Below, one piece after another: positions 26,740-37,745 of a stretch of 64,000 nucleotides of DNA (positions within the stretch are counted from its first letter, which is position 1; the number at the start of each line of letters is the position of its first letter). The DNA is from Magnetococcales bacterium. Lineage in GTDB: Bacteria; Pseudomonadota; Magnetococcia; Magnetococcales; JADFYX01. Both the position numbers and the translations under genes were made by a program. The stretch is taken from contig JADFZS010000010.1 in assembly GCA_015232405.1 (NCBI GenBank), positions 1,044 to 65,043 on the forward strand, written 5' to 3'. Below the pieces are notes generated by a model. That model saw nothing but the letters and a program-made list of their open reading frames with translations. It searched no databases and was not told where the DNA came from.

Positions 26740-29700
26740 ATGATTAAAAATATTTCAACATCTGATAAACTGTTTGGTAAAAATATTCGCAATACTACAA
26801 TAGCAGTTACCATCCTCTGGACACTTTTACTAGGAGGATCGCTGTCTTGGAATATATACAAAGAACAACAAAAAACCATGGCTTTGGTTACCAATTCTGC
26901 CAGAGAAAATTTTAACAAAGATAAAGCGTTCCGTTTATGGGGAACATCCCATGGTGGAGTCTATGTACCATCTACAACACGTACCCCACCTAATCCCAAT
27001 TTAAAACATATACCTGAGAGAGATATTGAAACTCCTTCGGGGATAAAACTAACCTTGATGAATCCTGCCTACATGGTCAGGCAGTTGATGGATGAGTATT
27101 CAAAGCTGTATGGGGTTCGTGGTAGGATTACAAGTTTACAACCTCTCAATGAGAAAAACACACCTGATGATTGGGAAAGAGCAGCTTTAATATCTTTTGA
27201 GAAAAATGAAGTTGACGAAGTGATGTCTGTCACCAAGTTTGACGGCAAATCTTACCTTCGCCTCATGCGACCAATGATCACAAAAAAAGGGTGTCTTAAA
27301 TGTCATGGTCACCAAGGTTATGAAATTGGTGACATTCGTGGTGGAATTGGTGTCTCTGTTCTGATGGACCCTTATCTGGATTTTGAAAAAGAGTCAATTA
27401 CCACCTTGTCACTGTCTCATATAATCTTCTGGATGTTTGGTTTTGGAGGTATAGTTTTATTTGCTCACAGGCAATACCAGCAACAGTCCGAGCGTAATCT
27501 AGCTGCAAATAATCTGTTTGAAAGTGAAGAGCGTTTTCGACAAATTACGGATAACATTACACTTGTGCTTTGGATGATGTCTGCTGATACAAAAGTTATT
27601 CACTTTGTTAGTCCATCATATGAGAATATTTGGAAAAGATCCTGTCAGAGTCTGTATGATGAACCCCATTCGTGGATGACCTCCATACATGTTGATGATC
27701 AAAAAGTGGTATCAGAATCTTTCCAAAATATGGCAAATACAGGGGTTTTTGATGAAGTTTACAGGATAACAAGACCCGATGGAGAGGTTAGGTGGATCCA
27801 TGAACATGCAGTACCAATTAAAAACAAGGCGGGAGAGATCTACCGTATTGCGGGGTTTGCAGAAGATATCACCCAGCAAAAACAGGCAGAGGAAGATATC
27901 AAGACTGCAAACGCCAAGATGCTAGCAAGTGAGAGACAACTAAGATCAATACTGTTTAACAGCCAAGCAGTTGTCTTTTTAAAGGACGTTGAAGGCCGAT
28001 ATCAGCTTATCAATAAAAAGTATGAAGATTTATTTCATGTAACCGAAAGCGAAATTATCGGTAAAACAGATTTTGATATATTCCCCGCTGAAATGGCCGA
28101 AACATTTCGTAAAAACGATAATATGGTTTTAAAGAGTGGCAAACCCCAGGAGATAGAAGAACATGTACCACAACAAGATGGAATGCATACATATATCTCT
28201 GTTAAATTCCCTCTACGTAATGAAGATGGCGTTATTTATGGAGTATGTGGCATTGCGACTGATATCACAGCCCGTCGACATGCTGAGGAATCCCTGCAAT
28301 TAAGTGAAGAGCGGCATCGCATACTATTAGAGTCTATTACGGAGATTATCTGGACCACTGACTCTCAAGGAGGTTTTGCGAAACCACAAAGTTCATGGGA
28401 AAATTTCACCGGACAACCTTGGAAAGAACATAAAGATTATGGCTGGATCAAGATGATCCATGAGGATGACCGGAAAACAATAAAGAAGCTCTGGAAGGAG
28501 GCTCTTAAAAACAAATCAATTTATGAATCTTCAGGACGGGTATGGAGTGCTACTCTTGGGGAGTACCGATTTTTCATAGCCCGTGCAACACCTCTTTTAA
28601 CAGGTGACGGTGAGGTTAGGGAATGGGTTGGAACTATTTCCGACGTTACTGAACGAAAAATGTCAGAAGATGCGTTAATTGATGCCAAAAAATCAGCTGA
28701 GGCAGCTAATACTGCCAAAAGCGAATTTCTTGCTGTGATGAGTCACGAAATACGCACTCCACTCAATGCTATCATCGGCATGGCAGATATCTCAATAGAG
28801 AGAAATCAAGATCCTGATCTTAATCACTTTCTCAAGATAATTGACAGATCTGGTAATAATCTACTTAATCTCATTGAAGATATTCTTGACCTATCCCAAA
28901 TCGAATCTGGACGAATGAAAGTTGAATACAAACCTGTTGATCTTGAGATGTTGACTCTGGAGGCTTTGGATATCCATACCATAAACGCTAAAAACAATTG
29001 GTTGGATCTGACTTGTAAAATTGATCAAAACACACCAGACTCTTTCACGGGTGATAAAAAACGATTACGTCAGGTTTTACTTAATTTAATTGGAAATGCA
29101 ATCAAGTTTACCAAGCATGGAAAAGTGGAACTCTTGGTCTCCTGCCCTTCATCGCAATCCCTCCAATTTTCGGTAGTTGATACCGGGATAGGAATTCCTG
29201 AAGAACAACTGCAATTAATCTTTGAACCTTTTTCCCAAGCTGATTCATCAAATACTCGGGAACATGGGGGAATCGGATTGGGACTACCTATTTGCAAACG
29301 TCTAGTTGCCGCCATGAACGGTGAGATATGGGTTGAAAGCGAAGTAGGAAAAGGCAGTACATTCCATTTCTCAATTCCTTTATCAGAAAAAGACCAACTA
29401 GTTGTTCCATCTACCACAACCAACATCTCTCAGGCCCAGAGTTCACAACTCTCAGGTGATGCACTATCTATTTTGATGGCTGAGGATAATTTAGACGGCT
29501 GCATGGTTATTGAGGCGTACATAAGCAAAACAACTCATAAACTGGAGATTGTTGAAAATGGTGCTCTAGCTGTCGAAAAAATCAAGTCCGGCAATAAGTA
29601 CGATCTCATCCTCATGGATATACAAATGCCAGTATTGGATGGTCTAACAGCTACTAAACAAATACGCGCCTGGGAAAAAGAACAGAATATCTCAAAGGTT

Positions 29701-29835
29701 CCCATCCTCGCTTTAACTGCACACGCTATGAGCGGAGATGAGGAAAAATCATTGGCTGCTGGATGTGATAGTCACATTACCAAACCTATCACGAAGCAAA
29801 AATTGTTGGAGTCGATTAATTTATTTATTAAATAG
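26740..29835 (+). CDS. Hybrid sensor histidine kinase/response regulator with N-terminal DUF3365-type heme-c domain and PAS domains
   Basis: A periplasmic/extracytoplasmic domain with CLKCH and GDIRGGIGVS, followed by three PAS-like units. HisKA MSHEIRTPLNAIIG, HATPase GGIGLGLPICKRLV and REC DLILMDIQMPVLDG. Confidence 0.85.
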   Translation: MIKNISTSDKLFGKNIRNTTIAVTILWTLLLGGSLSWNIYKEQQKTMALVTNSARENFNKDKAFRLWGTSHGGVYVPSTTRTPPNPNLKHIPERDIETPSGIKLTLMNPAYMVRQLMDEYSKLYGVRGRITSLQPLNEKNTPDDWERAALISFEKNEVDEVMSVTKFDGKSYLRLMRPMITKKGCLKCHGHQGYEIGDIRGGIGVSVLMDPYLDFEKESITTLSLSHIIFWMFGFGGIVLFAHRQYQQQSERNLAANNLFESEERFRQITDNITLVLWMMSADTKVIHFVSPSYENIWKRSCQSLYDEPHSWMTSIHVDDQKVVSESFQNMANTGVFDEVYRITRPDGEVRWIHEHAVPIKNKAGEIYRIAGFAEDITQQKQAEEDIKTANAKMLASERQLRSILFNSQAVVFLKDVEGRYQLINKKYEDLFHVTESEIIGKTDFDIFPAEMAETFRKNDNMVLKSGKPQEIEEHVPQQDGMHTYISVKFPLRNEDGVIYGVCGIATDITARRHAEESLQLSEERHRILLESITEIIWTTDSQGGFAKPQSSWENFTGQPWKEHKDYGWIKMIHEDDRKTIKKLWKEALKNKSIYESSGRVWSATLGEYRFFIARATPLLTGDGEVREWVGTISDVTERKMSEDALIDAKKSAEAANTAKSEFLAVMSHEIRTPLNAIIGMADISIERNQDPDLNHFLKIIDRSGNNLLNLIEDILDLSQIESGRMKVEYKPVDLEMLTLEALDIHTINAKNNWLDLTCKIDQNTPDSFTGDKKRLRQVLLNLIGNAIKFTKHGKVELLVSCPSSQSLQFSVVDTGIGIPEEQLQLIFEPFSQADSSNTREHGGIGLGLPICKRLVAAMNGEIWVESEVGKGSTFHFSIPLSEKDQLVVPSTTTNISQAQSSQLSGDALSILMAEDNLDGCMVIEAYISKTTHKLEIVENGALAVEKIKSGNKYDLILMDIQMPVLDGLTATKQIRAWEKEQNISKVPILALTAHAMSGDEEKSLAAGCDSHITKPITKQKLLESINLFIK

Positions 29836-29867
29836 CAAGACCAAGGCTCGCTTTTAGAACCTTATGC

Positions 29868-31988
29868 TCAACTCTTTTGTTTGACGGATTTTACTTGGCT
29901 GATACTTTTCTTCAGTGCCTGTGATAATTCACTCAATGACACCGGTTTCATAAAAACACTCTGGAAGCCAAATTCAGCAGCACTCTTATCGGAAATCTTC
30001 TCGCTAAAGCCTGTGCAGAGGAAAATTGGAATATCTGGCCTCACATCCAGTATTTTGCGTGCCATAATGTTGCCTGTCATTCCAGGCATAACTTGGTCAG
30101 TAACTACAGCAACATAGGAATCTGCCTCTTTCAAGAAATAATCAAGTGCTTTTTTCGAGTCAGAGAAGCCAACAGGTTCATAACCCAGAGCTTTCAACAT
30201 TTTAACAGCCACATCAACCAGGCTGGGCTCGTCATCCACAAACAGAACCCTTCCGTTGCCTTTCTGAATGGAAGCAATTTCATCCGCAACGTTTTGGGGT
30301 TTCTTATCGTCTTTAATACTGGGGAAAAAAACTTTAAACTCTGCGCCCTTTCCCACCTGGCTATCAACCTCAATTGCTCCACCACACTCTTCAATTATAC
30401 TATGAGCAACCGCTAAACCGAGACCAGTTCCTTTCCCTTGCTCCTTTGTAGTATAAAAAGGCTCGAACATCCGCTCCTGGATCTTTGGGGATATCCCTGG
30501 ACCAGTGTCTCGAACCATGATTTGAAGAAAATTTCCAGGAGCAACACTTAGTGTACTTGCACTATCTGCCAGTATTTCAACTGGTTTCATAATAAACTCA
30601 AATTCCCCTCCATCTTCTCCCATAGCTTGTCCAGCGTTAGTACAAATATTGACCAACACCTGATACAAATGGGATGAAGACATGAGAACCTTATGACCCT
30701 GTACATCAATGGATGTTTTAAACTCTATGGTGGATGGTAATGTAGAGCGCATCAACCTCAACACCTCATTCACTATTGGCTTAGGATCAAACAGCTCGTT
30801 ACTGGTTTGAGAGCGGCGACCTATGGTTAGAAGTTGACGGACCAAATCTGCTCCACGTTGTGAAGCTTTAAGAATACTTTTGATCTCTTCGTTGACATAA
30901 CTTTCTTTCATAGATAACAGTTCTGCATTTCCAGCAATAATTCCGAGTATATTGTTGAAGTCATGGGCAACCCCTCCAGAAAGTGTTCCCACTGCTTCCA
31001 GTTTCTGGGATTGTCGAAGCCGTTTCTCAATTCTTCTTCTCTCAGAAACATCACGGATGAAAGATGTGAAGGTTATTTCCCCCCCTACTGACCAGGATGC
31101 AAGGGTTATTTCAAGAGGTACTTCACAACCATCTTTGCATTTCCCTACGAACAACAACACCTCCCCTAATTTATGGTTCATCTTTCCAGTTTCATTGGCT
31201 CTTTTAATGGCTAAAAGATGTTTATTTTTATATCGGGCAGGAATAATAATTGATATGGGTTTTCCCAAAGCTTCCACACTTGAAAATTTAAAAATCCTTT
31301 CAGCCATTTTGTTCCAATAAGTAATGATCCCATTGTAATCGATGGAAATAATTCCATCGGTGGCCGATTCTGAAAGAACTCTGAATCTCTCCTCACTTTC
31401 TATCAGGGAGTTTTCTGATTGGACCAATTGGTCTATGTTGCTGATTGTTGTCAAAATTTGTAGGGAGCGGTTTTCATTATCACGTAGTGCAATACTCTCC
31501 AAACGACTAAAAAAATAGTCACCACCCTCACCTGAAAAACGTACTTCACAACGTTTCATGGTATCGGAGGCAAGAACAGCATTACAATGAATATAAATAA
31601 GATCTCGATCATCATGATGAATATGATGAGCAACCTTATCCCCAACCAGTTCAGCTCTGTCCTTTCCGAGCATGTTTGAAGCGGTGAGATTAGCCCCCCG
31701 AATTATCCCTAAAGGACTAAGAGTGATATAGCCGACTGGGGCATAGTCGTACAGCACGGAATAATCATCCCTAGCTTTTGCCAGTTCGAGTTCTGATTTT
31801 CGCAACTCCTCATTCTGTATCTCCAACTCAATTTGGTGAACTTGAAGTTCGTGAAGAAGGCTATCGATTTTCTGAGTTGATCTTATACCCATGTCCCCAG
31901 AGGGGCTTGCTAATACTATCTTCTCAGCCAATTGACGCAGCTCAATAAATTTATCGTTCAATATGCTTTTTTGACTCATAGCTAACAC
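29868..31988 (-). CDS. PAS-domain hybrid sensor histidine kinase with C-terminal receiver
   Basis: Coiled-coil plus two PAS units. HisKA GGVAHDFNNILGII, HATPase GTGLGLAVAHSII and REC VLFVDDEP...VVTDQVMPGMTG. Confidence 0.85.
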   Translation of the reverse strand: MLAMSQKSILNDKFIELRQLAEKIVLASPSGDMGIRSTQKIDSLLHELQVHQIELEIQNEELRKSELELAKARDDYSVLYDYAPVGYITLSPLGIIRGANLTASNMLGKDRAELVGDKVAHHIHHDDRDLIYIHCNAVLASDTMKRCEVRFSGEGGDYFFSRLESIALRDNENRSLQILTTISNIDQLVQSENSLIESEERFRVLSESATDGIISIDYNGIITYWNKMAERIFKFSSVEALGKPISIIIPARYKNKHLLAIKRANETGKMNHKLGEVLLFVGKCKDGCEVPLEITLASWSVGGEITFTSFIRDVSERRRIEKRLRQSQKLEAVGTLSGGVAHDFNNILGIIAGNAELLSMKESYVNEEIKSILKASQRGADLVRQLLTIGRRSQTSNELFDPKPIVNEVLRLMRSTLPSTIEFKTSIDVQGHKVLMSSSHLYQVLVNICTNAGQAMGEDGGEFEFIMKPVEILADSASTLSVAPGNFLQIMVRDTGPGISPKIQERMFEPFYTTKEQGKGTGLGLAVAHSIIEECGGAIEVDSQVGKGAEFKVFFPSIKDDKKPQNVADEIASIQKGNGRVLFVDDEPSLVDVAVKMLKALGYEPVGFSDSKKALDYFLKEADSYVAVVTDQVMPGMTGNIMARKILDVRPDIPIFLCTGFSEKISDKSAAEFGFQSVFMKPVSLSELSQALKKSISQVKSVKQKS

Positions 31989-32047
31989 CTCGCTTGGACA
32001 ACTTATTTCCCAATGGTTACAAAATGCCCCTTGTTATTTATTTTGAT

Positions 32048-35000
32048 TTATGGGGGGTGTGAGAGATTACGCTCTGTAGTTGCCATAGCGTAAAGCTTGC
32101 CAGTCTCGTCGCAAAGGTTTGTAATCGTAACAAGGACATCCAAAATCTTTCCATCCTTGGTATGCCTCTGTGTTTCAAATGGCAACACTTGCTCTCCTGA
32201 AGCGACCTTTTTGATGATACTGTCTATCTCTTTAATTTTTACCTTTGGTACGATCATTTTAATCGACTTGCCAATGGCCTCATTTTCGATATAACCATAC
32301 ATACGCTCTGCCCCCGGATTCCAAGCTGAGATGACGCCAGATAGATCTTGAACAGTAATAGCATCGTACGAATCCTGAACGACTACCGCCAACCGATTTA
32401 GCCTCTTCTGTTTTTTAATGCTTGTTATGTCCATAAATGTTATGACCACGCCATCGATTACATTTTCCAGAGTTCTATAGGGTTTCACACGCATATTTAA
32501 CCATTGCCAAGATTTTGTTTGGACCTCTACTTCTATAGGGACCAGATCCTCTAAAACCTTACTAGCGTCATTGGAAATGGATTCATATAAAAGATTTGTA
32601 ACAATGTGTGAAAGAGGACGACCAATGTCGGATGGAATAAGGTTGATAAACTCAGAAATCCTAGGGGTGAAACGACGTACATTTAAATCAAGATCCAAAA
32701 ACACTACTCCAACATCGGTACTAGCCATGTAGTTGGCCATGTCGTCATTTGCCTTGGACAACTCATTTATTTTTTCCTGATATTCGCTGTTAACCGTGGT
32801 CAACTCCTCGTTGATTGATTGCCCTTCCTCTTTAGAGGTTTCTAACTCTTCGTTGGCACTCTGCAACTCCTCGTTGGAGGCTTGCATCTCCTCGTTAGTT
32901 GATTTCAACTCTTCATTGGATGATTCCAACTCTTCAATGGTGGTCTGTAGATACTCTTTTGTGGAACTTAGCTCCTTCTCCAACTCAGCAATGCGTTTGT
33001 CCTTGTCTCCTGAAGTAACCATGGGTTTTGTTTTACGCTCTATATGAATTTGCTCAATGTCTTCAAAGATCACGACCTTATAACTTGATAGCTCTGGAAG
33101 ATCGGAAAGTGGTTTAACTAGAAGATTGATGTGCTGCACACCACCATTGACTCCGACTCGAACTCCTTCATATTTGACCGACTTACCCTCAGTTTTGACC
33201 TTACGGATCGCTGTTGTCAGGTCAGGAAGCAAACCTTCACGAGCCTGTTTCAAAATATTAAAACTTGCTTTACCTTGGTTTGCTTCTAAGTATTTTCCTG
33301 TACGCCCATGAATAAAGAGAATCTCATAGTGATCATTGATAATCACACATGCAGGGGTGTGTTGTGCCAACAAGAGATTTTCCATAGCAGATTTCAAGTC
33401 AAAATCAGGTTCTGTATTTTCACTTTCACCAGAAAACATTATTGGTGGTTCCCTGGTGTATTGAATTATGGGTGGTTCAAACCGTTTTTTATCATCCACA
33501 CAAATGGGTTTACGCTGGTACAGTTTCCATTTCCTATTGATGGTCTTAAAAAGATGAGAGCTACTTCCAACGGTTTCCGACGTTCCCAACAAAAGATGAC
33601 CGTTGGGTTTTAATGCATAATGGAAGATGGGTAGTACCTTTGCCTGAAGGGAGGCGCCGAAATAGATAAGCAAATTACGACAACTGATAAGGTCGAGTGA
33701 AGAGAACGGGGGGTCCTTAATCAAATTTTGTTCCGCAATCACCAGCATGTCACGAATCTTCTTGTTGATTTCGTAGCTGTTTCCTTCCTTTGTGAAATAG
33801 CGTTTCAACCTGTCGGAGGAGATATATGCGCTAATTGTGTCTGGATAAATGCCAAGACGAGCAAATTCGATAGCATGACTATCCAGGTCAGTGGAAAATA
33901 TTTGAATGTTGAACTGATGATTTTGTGTCTCCATATGTTCGTGAAGCAGTATTGCGATGGAGTATGCCTCCTCCCCAGTGGCGCAACCGGGAACCCAAAT
34001 CCGAATAGGCTGGTCTGGATTACGATCGGCAAAAAGTCCTGGAATAATTTTTGTTTCAAGTAGTTCAAATACCTCTGGATCTCTATAGAAATTAGAGACC
34101 CCAATCAAAAGTTCTTTGAACAGCGTACTGCTCTCTTCACGATTTTTCTGGAGACGCATGATGTAATCAGCTATCGAGTCAATTTGATTGATTGCCATAC
34201 GTCTCTGGACCCTGCGGAGAATGGTGTTCTCCTTGTACTGGGAAAAATCGTGACCAACCTTGGATCGTAAAATTACAAGTACTTTCTGAAGTTGTACCCT
34301 AATATCATCACCGATGGGCAACATCATTTTGTTTTGTAGAGCTATATCCCGATGTTGCAGGTAGGCGATTAATTTATCCGGCATATTCTCAGGTGCTATG
34401 GTGTAGTCAACCAAGCCTGTTTGGATGGCGTTGGCTGGCATTCCGTCAAATTTGGCTGAGGTCGGCTCCTGGACCATGACCATACCCCCCGCCTCTTTGA
34501 TTGCCTTCAAGCCCTGTGTGCCGTCTGTTCCCGTGCCAGAAAGAATTATACAAACGGCACGTTCCTTGGCATCTTCTGCCAAAGAGCGGAGAAAATTGTC
34601 GATGGTCAACCTTTGATGCCGTGGTTGGGTCGGCTCTATGAGATGAAGAGTATCATTAAGAATAGCCAAGTCCCGATCTGGTGGTATTACATATACACAG
34701 TTAGGTTCAACCTTGGTCCCATCTTCCACCTGGGCAACCTTCATGATGGTATATTGGGCGATCAATTCCGCCAGAATGCTATTGTGTTTAGCATCCAGGT
34801 GCTGTACCAGGACAAAGACCATTCCAGAGCTTGATGGTACATTTCTGAAAAACCTTTCATACGCCTCCAAACCACCAGCAGAAGCTCCGATGGCAATTAT
34901 GGGGAAACCGCTTTTCTCCTGTGAGACCTTCCTACTCGATTGATCATCTTTTGGCTGCTGCTTGGATGAACCTGAACTTCTCTTTGATTGTTTAGCGGGT

Positions 35001-35089
35001 CGTTTAGGCGGTTTTCTTTTCGCAATGCTGGAATCTTGGGCAGAGTTATTTTCTTTTTCAGAATCAAGAAATTTAGATATCCCAACCAT
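32048..35089 (-). CDS. CheB methylesterase-CheR methyltransferase fusion protein with coiled-coil and C-terminal PAS domains
   Basis: CheB-like IGASAGGLEA, CheR SAM-binding WVPGCATGEEAYS, a heptad region EELESSNEELKSTNEEMQASNEELQSANEELETSKEE and two PAS-like units. Confidence 0.85.
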   Translation of the reverse strand: MVGISKFLDSEKENNSAQDSSIAKRKPPKRPAKQSKRSSGSSKQQPKDDQSSRKVSQEKSGFPIIAIGASAGGLEAYERFFRNVPSSSGMVFVLVQHLDAKHNSILAELIAQYTIMKVAQVEDGTKVEPNCVYVIPPDRDLAILNDTLHLIEPTQPRHQRLTIDNFLRSLAEDAKERAVCIILSGTGTDGTQGLKAIKEAGGMVMVQEPTSAKFDGMPANAIQTGLVDYTIAPENMPDKLIAYLQHRDIALQNKMMLPIGDDIRVQLQKVLVILRSKVGHDFSQYKENTILRRVQRRMAINQIDSIADYIMRLQKNREESSTLFKELLIGVSNFYRDPEVFELLETKIIPGLFADRNPDQPIRIWVPGCATGEEAYSIAILLHEHMETQNHQFNIQIFSTDLDSHAIEFARLGIYPDTISAYISSDRLKRYFTKEGNSYEINKKIRDMLVIAEQNLIKDPPFSSLDLISCRNLLIYFGASLQAKVLPIFHYALKPNGHLLLGTSETVGSSSHLFKTINRKWKLYQRKPICVDDKKRFEPPIIQYTREPPIMFSGESENTEPDFDLKSAMENLLLAQHTPACVIINDHYEILFIHGRTGKYLEANQGKASFNILKQAREGLLPDLTTAIRKVKTEGKSVKYEGVRVGVNGGVQHINLLVKPLSDLPELSSYKVVIFEDIEQIHIERKTKPMVTSGDKDKRIAELEKELSSTKEYLQTTIEELESSNEELKSTNEEMQASNEELQSANEELETSKEEGQSINEELTTVNSEYQEKINELSKANDDMANYMASTDVGVVFLDLDLNVRRFTPRISEFINLIPSDIGRPLSHIVTNLLYESISNDASKVLEDLVPIEVEVQTKSWQWLNMRVKPYRTLENVIDGVVITFMDITSIKKQKRLNRLAVVVQDSYDAITVQDLSGVISAWNPGAERMYGYIENEAIGKSIKMIVPKVKIKEIDSIIKKVASGEQVLPFETQRHTKDGKILDVLVTITNLCDETGKLYAMATTERNLSHPP

Positions 35090-35316
35090 TTATCCCCCCC
35101 CAAGATCCAATAACTTCATTATATGTAGACAGTGTAACAGGTATTTAAAATAAATGTTTGAATTTTATGTTGATATTTCAAATCATCATTGTAACCTAGT
35201 AAACAGTACCAACTCATATTTTTTTAGAATGATACTCTTGATCTGGTTTCAAAAATTCAGAAACGGAACTATACTTCAAGGGGACAATATTGGGTAAACA
35301 GAATCTTGTAACCTTG

Positions 35317-37395
35317 TTATATATTTAACGATGGCAAGATAATTGTAAACTCTGTCTTCACCCATGAATATTTGGATTTGGTTACTGTTATCTGACCTCT
35401 GTGATCTTCGATAATACCCTCAACGATAGAGAGTCCCAACCCGGTACCTTTGGTTTTACCCTTGGTGGTAAAAAATGGATCAAAAATCCTTCCTAATTGT
35501 GATTCTGGTATACCAGGTCCATTATCTCGCACCCAGATCCATATATGCTTGTCTTTTAATTTGGCAGCTATCCGTATTTTTAAATTATCGTTAGAATCGA
35601 TATTGTTAAATGCATCTATGGAGTTATTCAGTAGATTTACAAATACCTGAGTTATCTGCTGCCTATCACAATACATGATAAGATCATCTGGAATATCAAA
35701 TTGGATAGAATAATCAGGCTTTATTCTGTGACGCAGCAGTGTTTTTGCATCTTGTAATGGATCAATTACAAGGCATTCCACCTTATCCATCTCCATACCA
35801 CCCTTAGAATAGGTCTTGAGGCTATCGACAATTTTACTTATGCGTTTGCTACCATCTAGAATCCCATGTAAAGTCGGTTCTATCTCTTCTATAAAATTTG
35901 AAATCCTCCCACTTTTATCTTCATGACTGTTTTTTTGTACTATGGGTTTAGCAACGTCCCAAAATTTGTTGAGAAATTGGATATTACCAAAAATAAATGA
36001 GTTGGGATTGTTGATTTCATGGGCTATACCCGCTGAAAAAGTACCCAATGTTGCCAGGCGTTCGGCATGAATTAGCTGTTTTGTACGATCCTCTACCATA
36101 TGCTCCAACTTTTCAGCATATTGACGAAGTTGATTTTCAGACTCTTTTTTATGGGTTATATCTCTTATTGTCGCAATGAACTGTACAAAATCCCCTGAAC
36201 GAACATGGGTGATTGTTAACTCAATGGGAAAATGTTCCCCTCCTTTTTTCTCTCCAACAACCTCTTTTTCAAAAAAAAGCTCTCCTTGCACTCCATGCAA
36301 AACATTGTTATCCACATTGTTACTATGCCAATGCACATATTTTGCTATTAATTTATCATGTATTTGTTTTGTTGGGCTTGGTATCAATATTTTAATATTT
36401 TTATGTAAAAGCTCTTCTTTTTCATAACCAAAAATATGACAAATTGCAGGATTTACAGACTCAATTTTCCCCTTCATATTGGTGGTAATAATGCCCTCTC
36501 CCACATTGTCCATTATTGTTTCAATACGAACCCGGCTTCTATCAAGCCGGGAGTAACTATCTGATAAATTGGTCACCATTTGGTTGAAACTATTTGCCAT
36601 GTTCCAGAGTTCAGAACCCTCTAAAAGTGGAATTCTTTGGGTTAAATCACCTTTTTCTATCTTGGTGATGGTCTGGCACACCTCATTGAGTGGTTTTTCT
36701 ATCCCCTTTCGCAAATAAAAGTTAGTCAAAAACAAGATGGTAATAAGAGCAACAATTGATATTACAATGGCTTTATTTCTTGAGCTTTTGATAACAGCCA
36801 GCTCTGAATCCAGACTAATTTGAACATATACCAAACCAAGTAGTTCAGTTTCATGACCATGACATCTCTGGCACTGGGGTATTGAAATAATTGGAGTTAG
36901 AAATTCCATAAAATGTTTATCATCAGGAGAGTTACTGCTTTGGAACGTAACTGTTTGATGTGTTGCCAACATTTTTTTTAAATGTTTGTTTTGTGGGGAA
37001 ATGACCGACAACTCTTTTTTAGCTTTTCTATAGGGAAATAACTCACTACCCCTTTTGAAATTAACAGCATCGATAGTTGAGTTATCTCTGAACGCTTCTG
37101 TGCCGTCTATCCTTAAAATTTCAAAATGAATAACTTCAGGAACCAGCTTTAAATTTTCTGCATAGGTTGCTGCTACACTTGCCGAACCTGTAAGCATAAC
37201 TGACCTCAAGCCATAGATGGCTGTAGTAGTCAATTTTTGTCCATATTCTTTTTTTTGCTTAACAAAATTGTTTGATTGATGTTGTGAATAGATAATCAAA
37301 AGACCAAAAAGAACCAGAAATGAGACTGTACCAACCAAAGCAAGAATTTTGTCACAAATCTTTTTTTGCCGTTTTACATGATCGGAACTCAACAT
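35317..37395 (-). CDS. Sensor histidine kinase with extracytoplasmic CxxCH (heme-c) sensor domain, HAMP and PAS
   Basis: N-terminal TM, then a periplasmic domain with CQRCHGHE, a second TM and HAMP. HisKA AGIAHEINNPNSFI and HATPase GTGLGLSIVEGII. Confidence 0.85.
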   Translation of the reverse strand: MLSSDHVKRQKKICDKILALVGTVSFLVLFGLLIIYSQHQSNNFVKQKKEYGQKLTTTAIYGLRSVMLTGSASVAATYAENLKLVPEVIHFEILRIDGTEAFRDNSTIDAVNFKRGSELFPYRKAKKELSVISPQNKHLKKMLATHQTVTFQSSNSPDDKHFMEFLTPIISIPQCQRCHGHETELLGLVYVQISLDSELAVIKSSRNKAIVISIVALITILFLTNFYLRKGIEKPLNEVCQTITKIEKGDLTQRIPLLEGSELWNMANSFNQMVTNLSDSYSRLDRSRVRIETIMDNVGEGIITTNMKGKIESVNPAICHIFGYEKEELLHKNIKILIPSPTKQIHDKLIAKYVHWHSNNVDNNVLHGVQGELFFEKEVVGEKKGGEHFPIELTITHVRSGDFVQFIATIRDITHKKESENQLRQYAEKLEHMVEDRTKQLIHAERLATLGTFSAGIAHEINNPNSFIFGNIQFLNKFWDVAKPIVQKNSHEDKSGRISNFIEEIEPTLHGILDGSKRISKIVDSLKTYSKGGMEMDKVECLVIDPLQDAKTLLRHRIKPDYSIQFDIPDDLIMYCDRQQITQVFVNLLNNSIDAFNNIDSNDNLKIRIAAKLKDKHIWIWVRDNGPGIPESQLGRIFDPFFTTKGKTKGTGLGLSIVEGIIEDHRGQITVTKSKYSWVKTEFTIILPSLNI

Positions 37396-37745
37396 GATGA
37401 TAGGATCAAATGATTTGTAGAGTTGCTACTAGAAACAAGGCGTTGGTAGTGACGGATATTTTCCATTGAACAGACAATTTGCTCCAGCCTAAGCAGTTTT
37501 TAAGTTGCTTAATAATTTAAAGAGTGCTGATACTGTAAACAATGATATACCTGACGGCAAGGTCTGCATGGACCAATTTTTTTACAATTATAACTTGTAA
37601 CTCGGCAACCCTTTTTAAATTTTGAGCCTTCTAATATGCTATTCACTAATATGGAAACTCAATGGCTGTAATTGGGTACTTATTGAACTGCGAGCTTTAT
37701 TAATGGCAAACCTTGCTGATTTTCTGTTATTAACGAGATACTTTC

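Noticed and set aside
32796-33047. Periodic DNA repeats (…AACTCTTC…/…CTCCTCGTT…) that could suggest a tandem repeat or CRISPR-like array
   Set aside because: They encode the heptad coiled-coil SNEEL-type segment (EELESSNEELKSTNEEMQASNEELQSANEELETSKEE) of the CheB-CheR-PAS protein on the minus strand. This is coding periodicity, not a spacer-repeat array.
37431-37460. Possible fifth, degenerate copy of the repeat arm (CTACTAGAAACAAGGCGTTGGTAG)
   Set aside because: Only the TAGAAAC core and a few further bases match, and there is no complementary arm nearby. The evidence is too weak to call.
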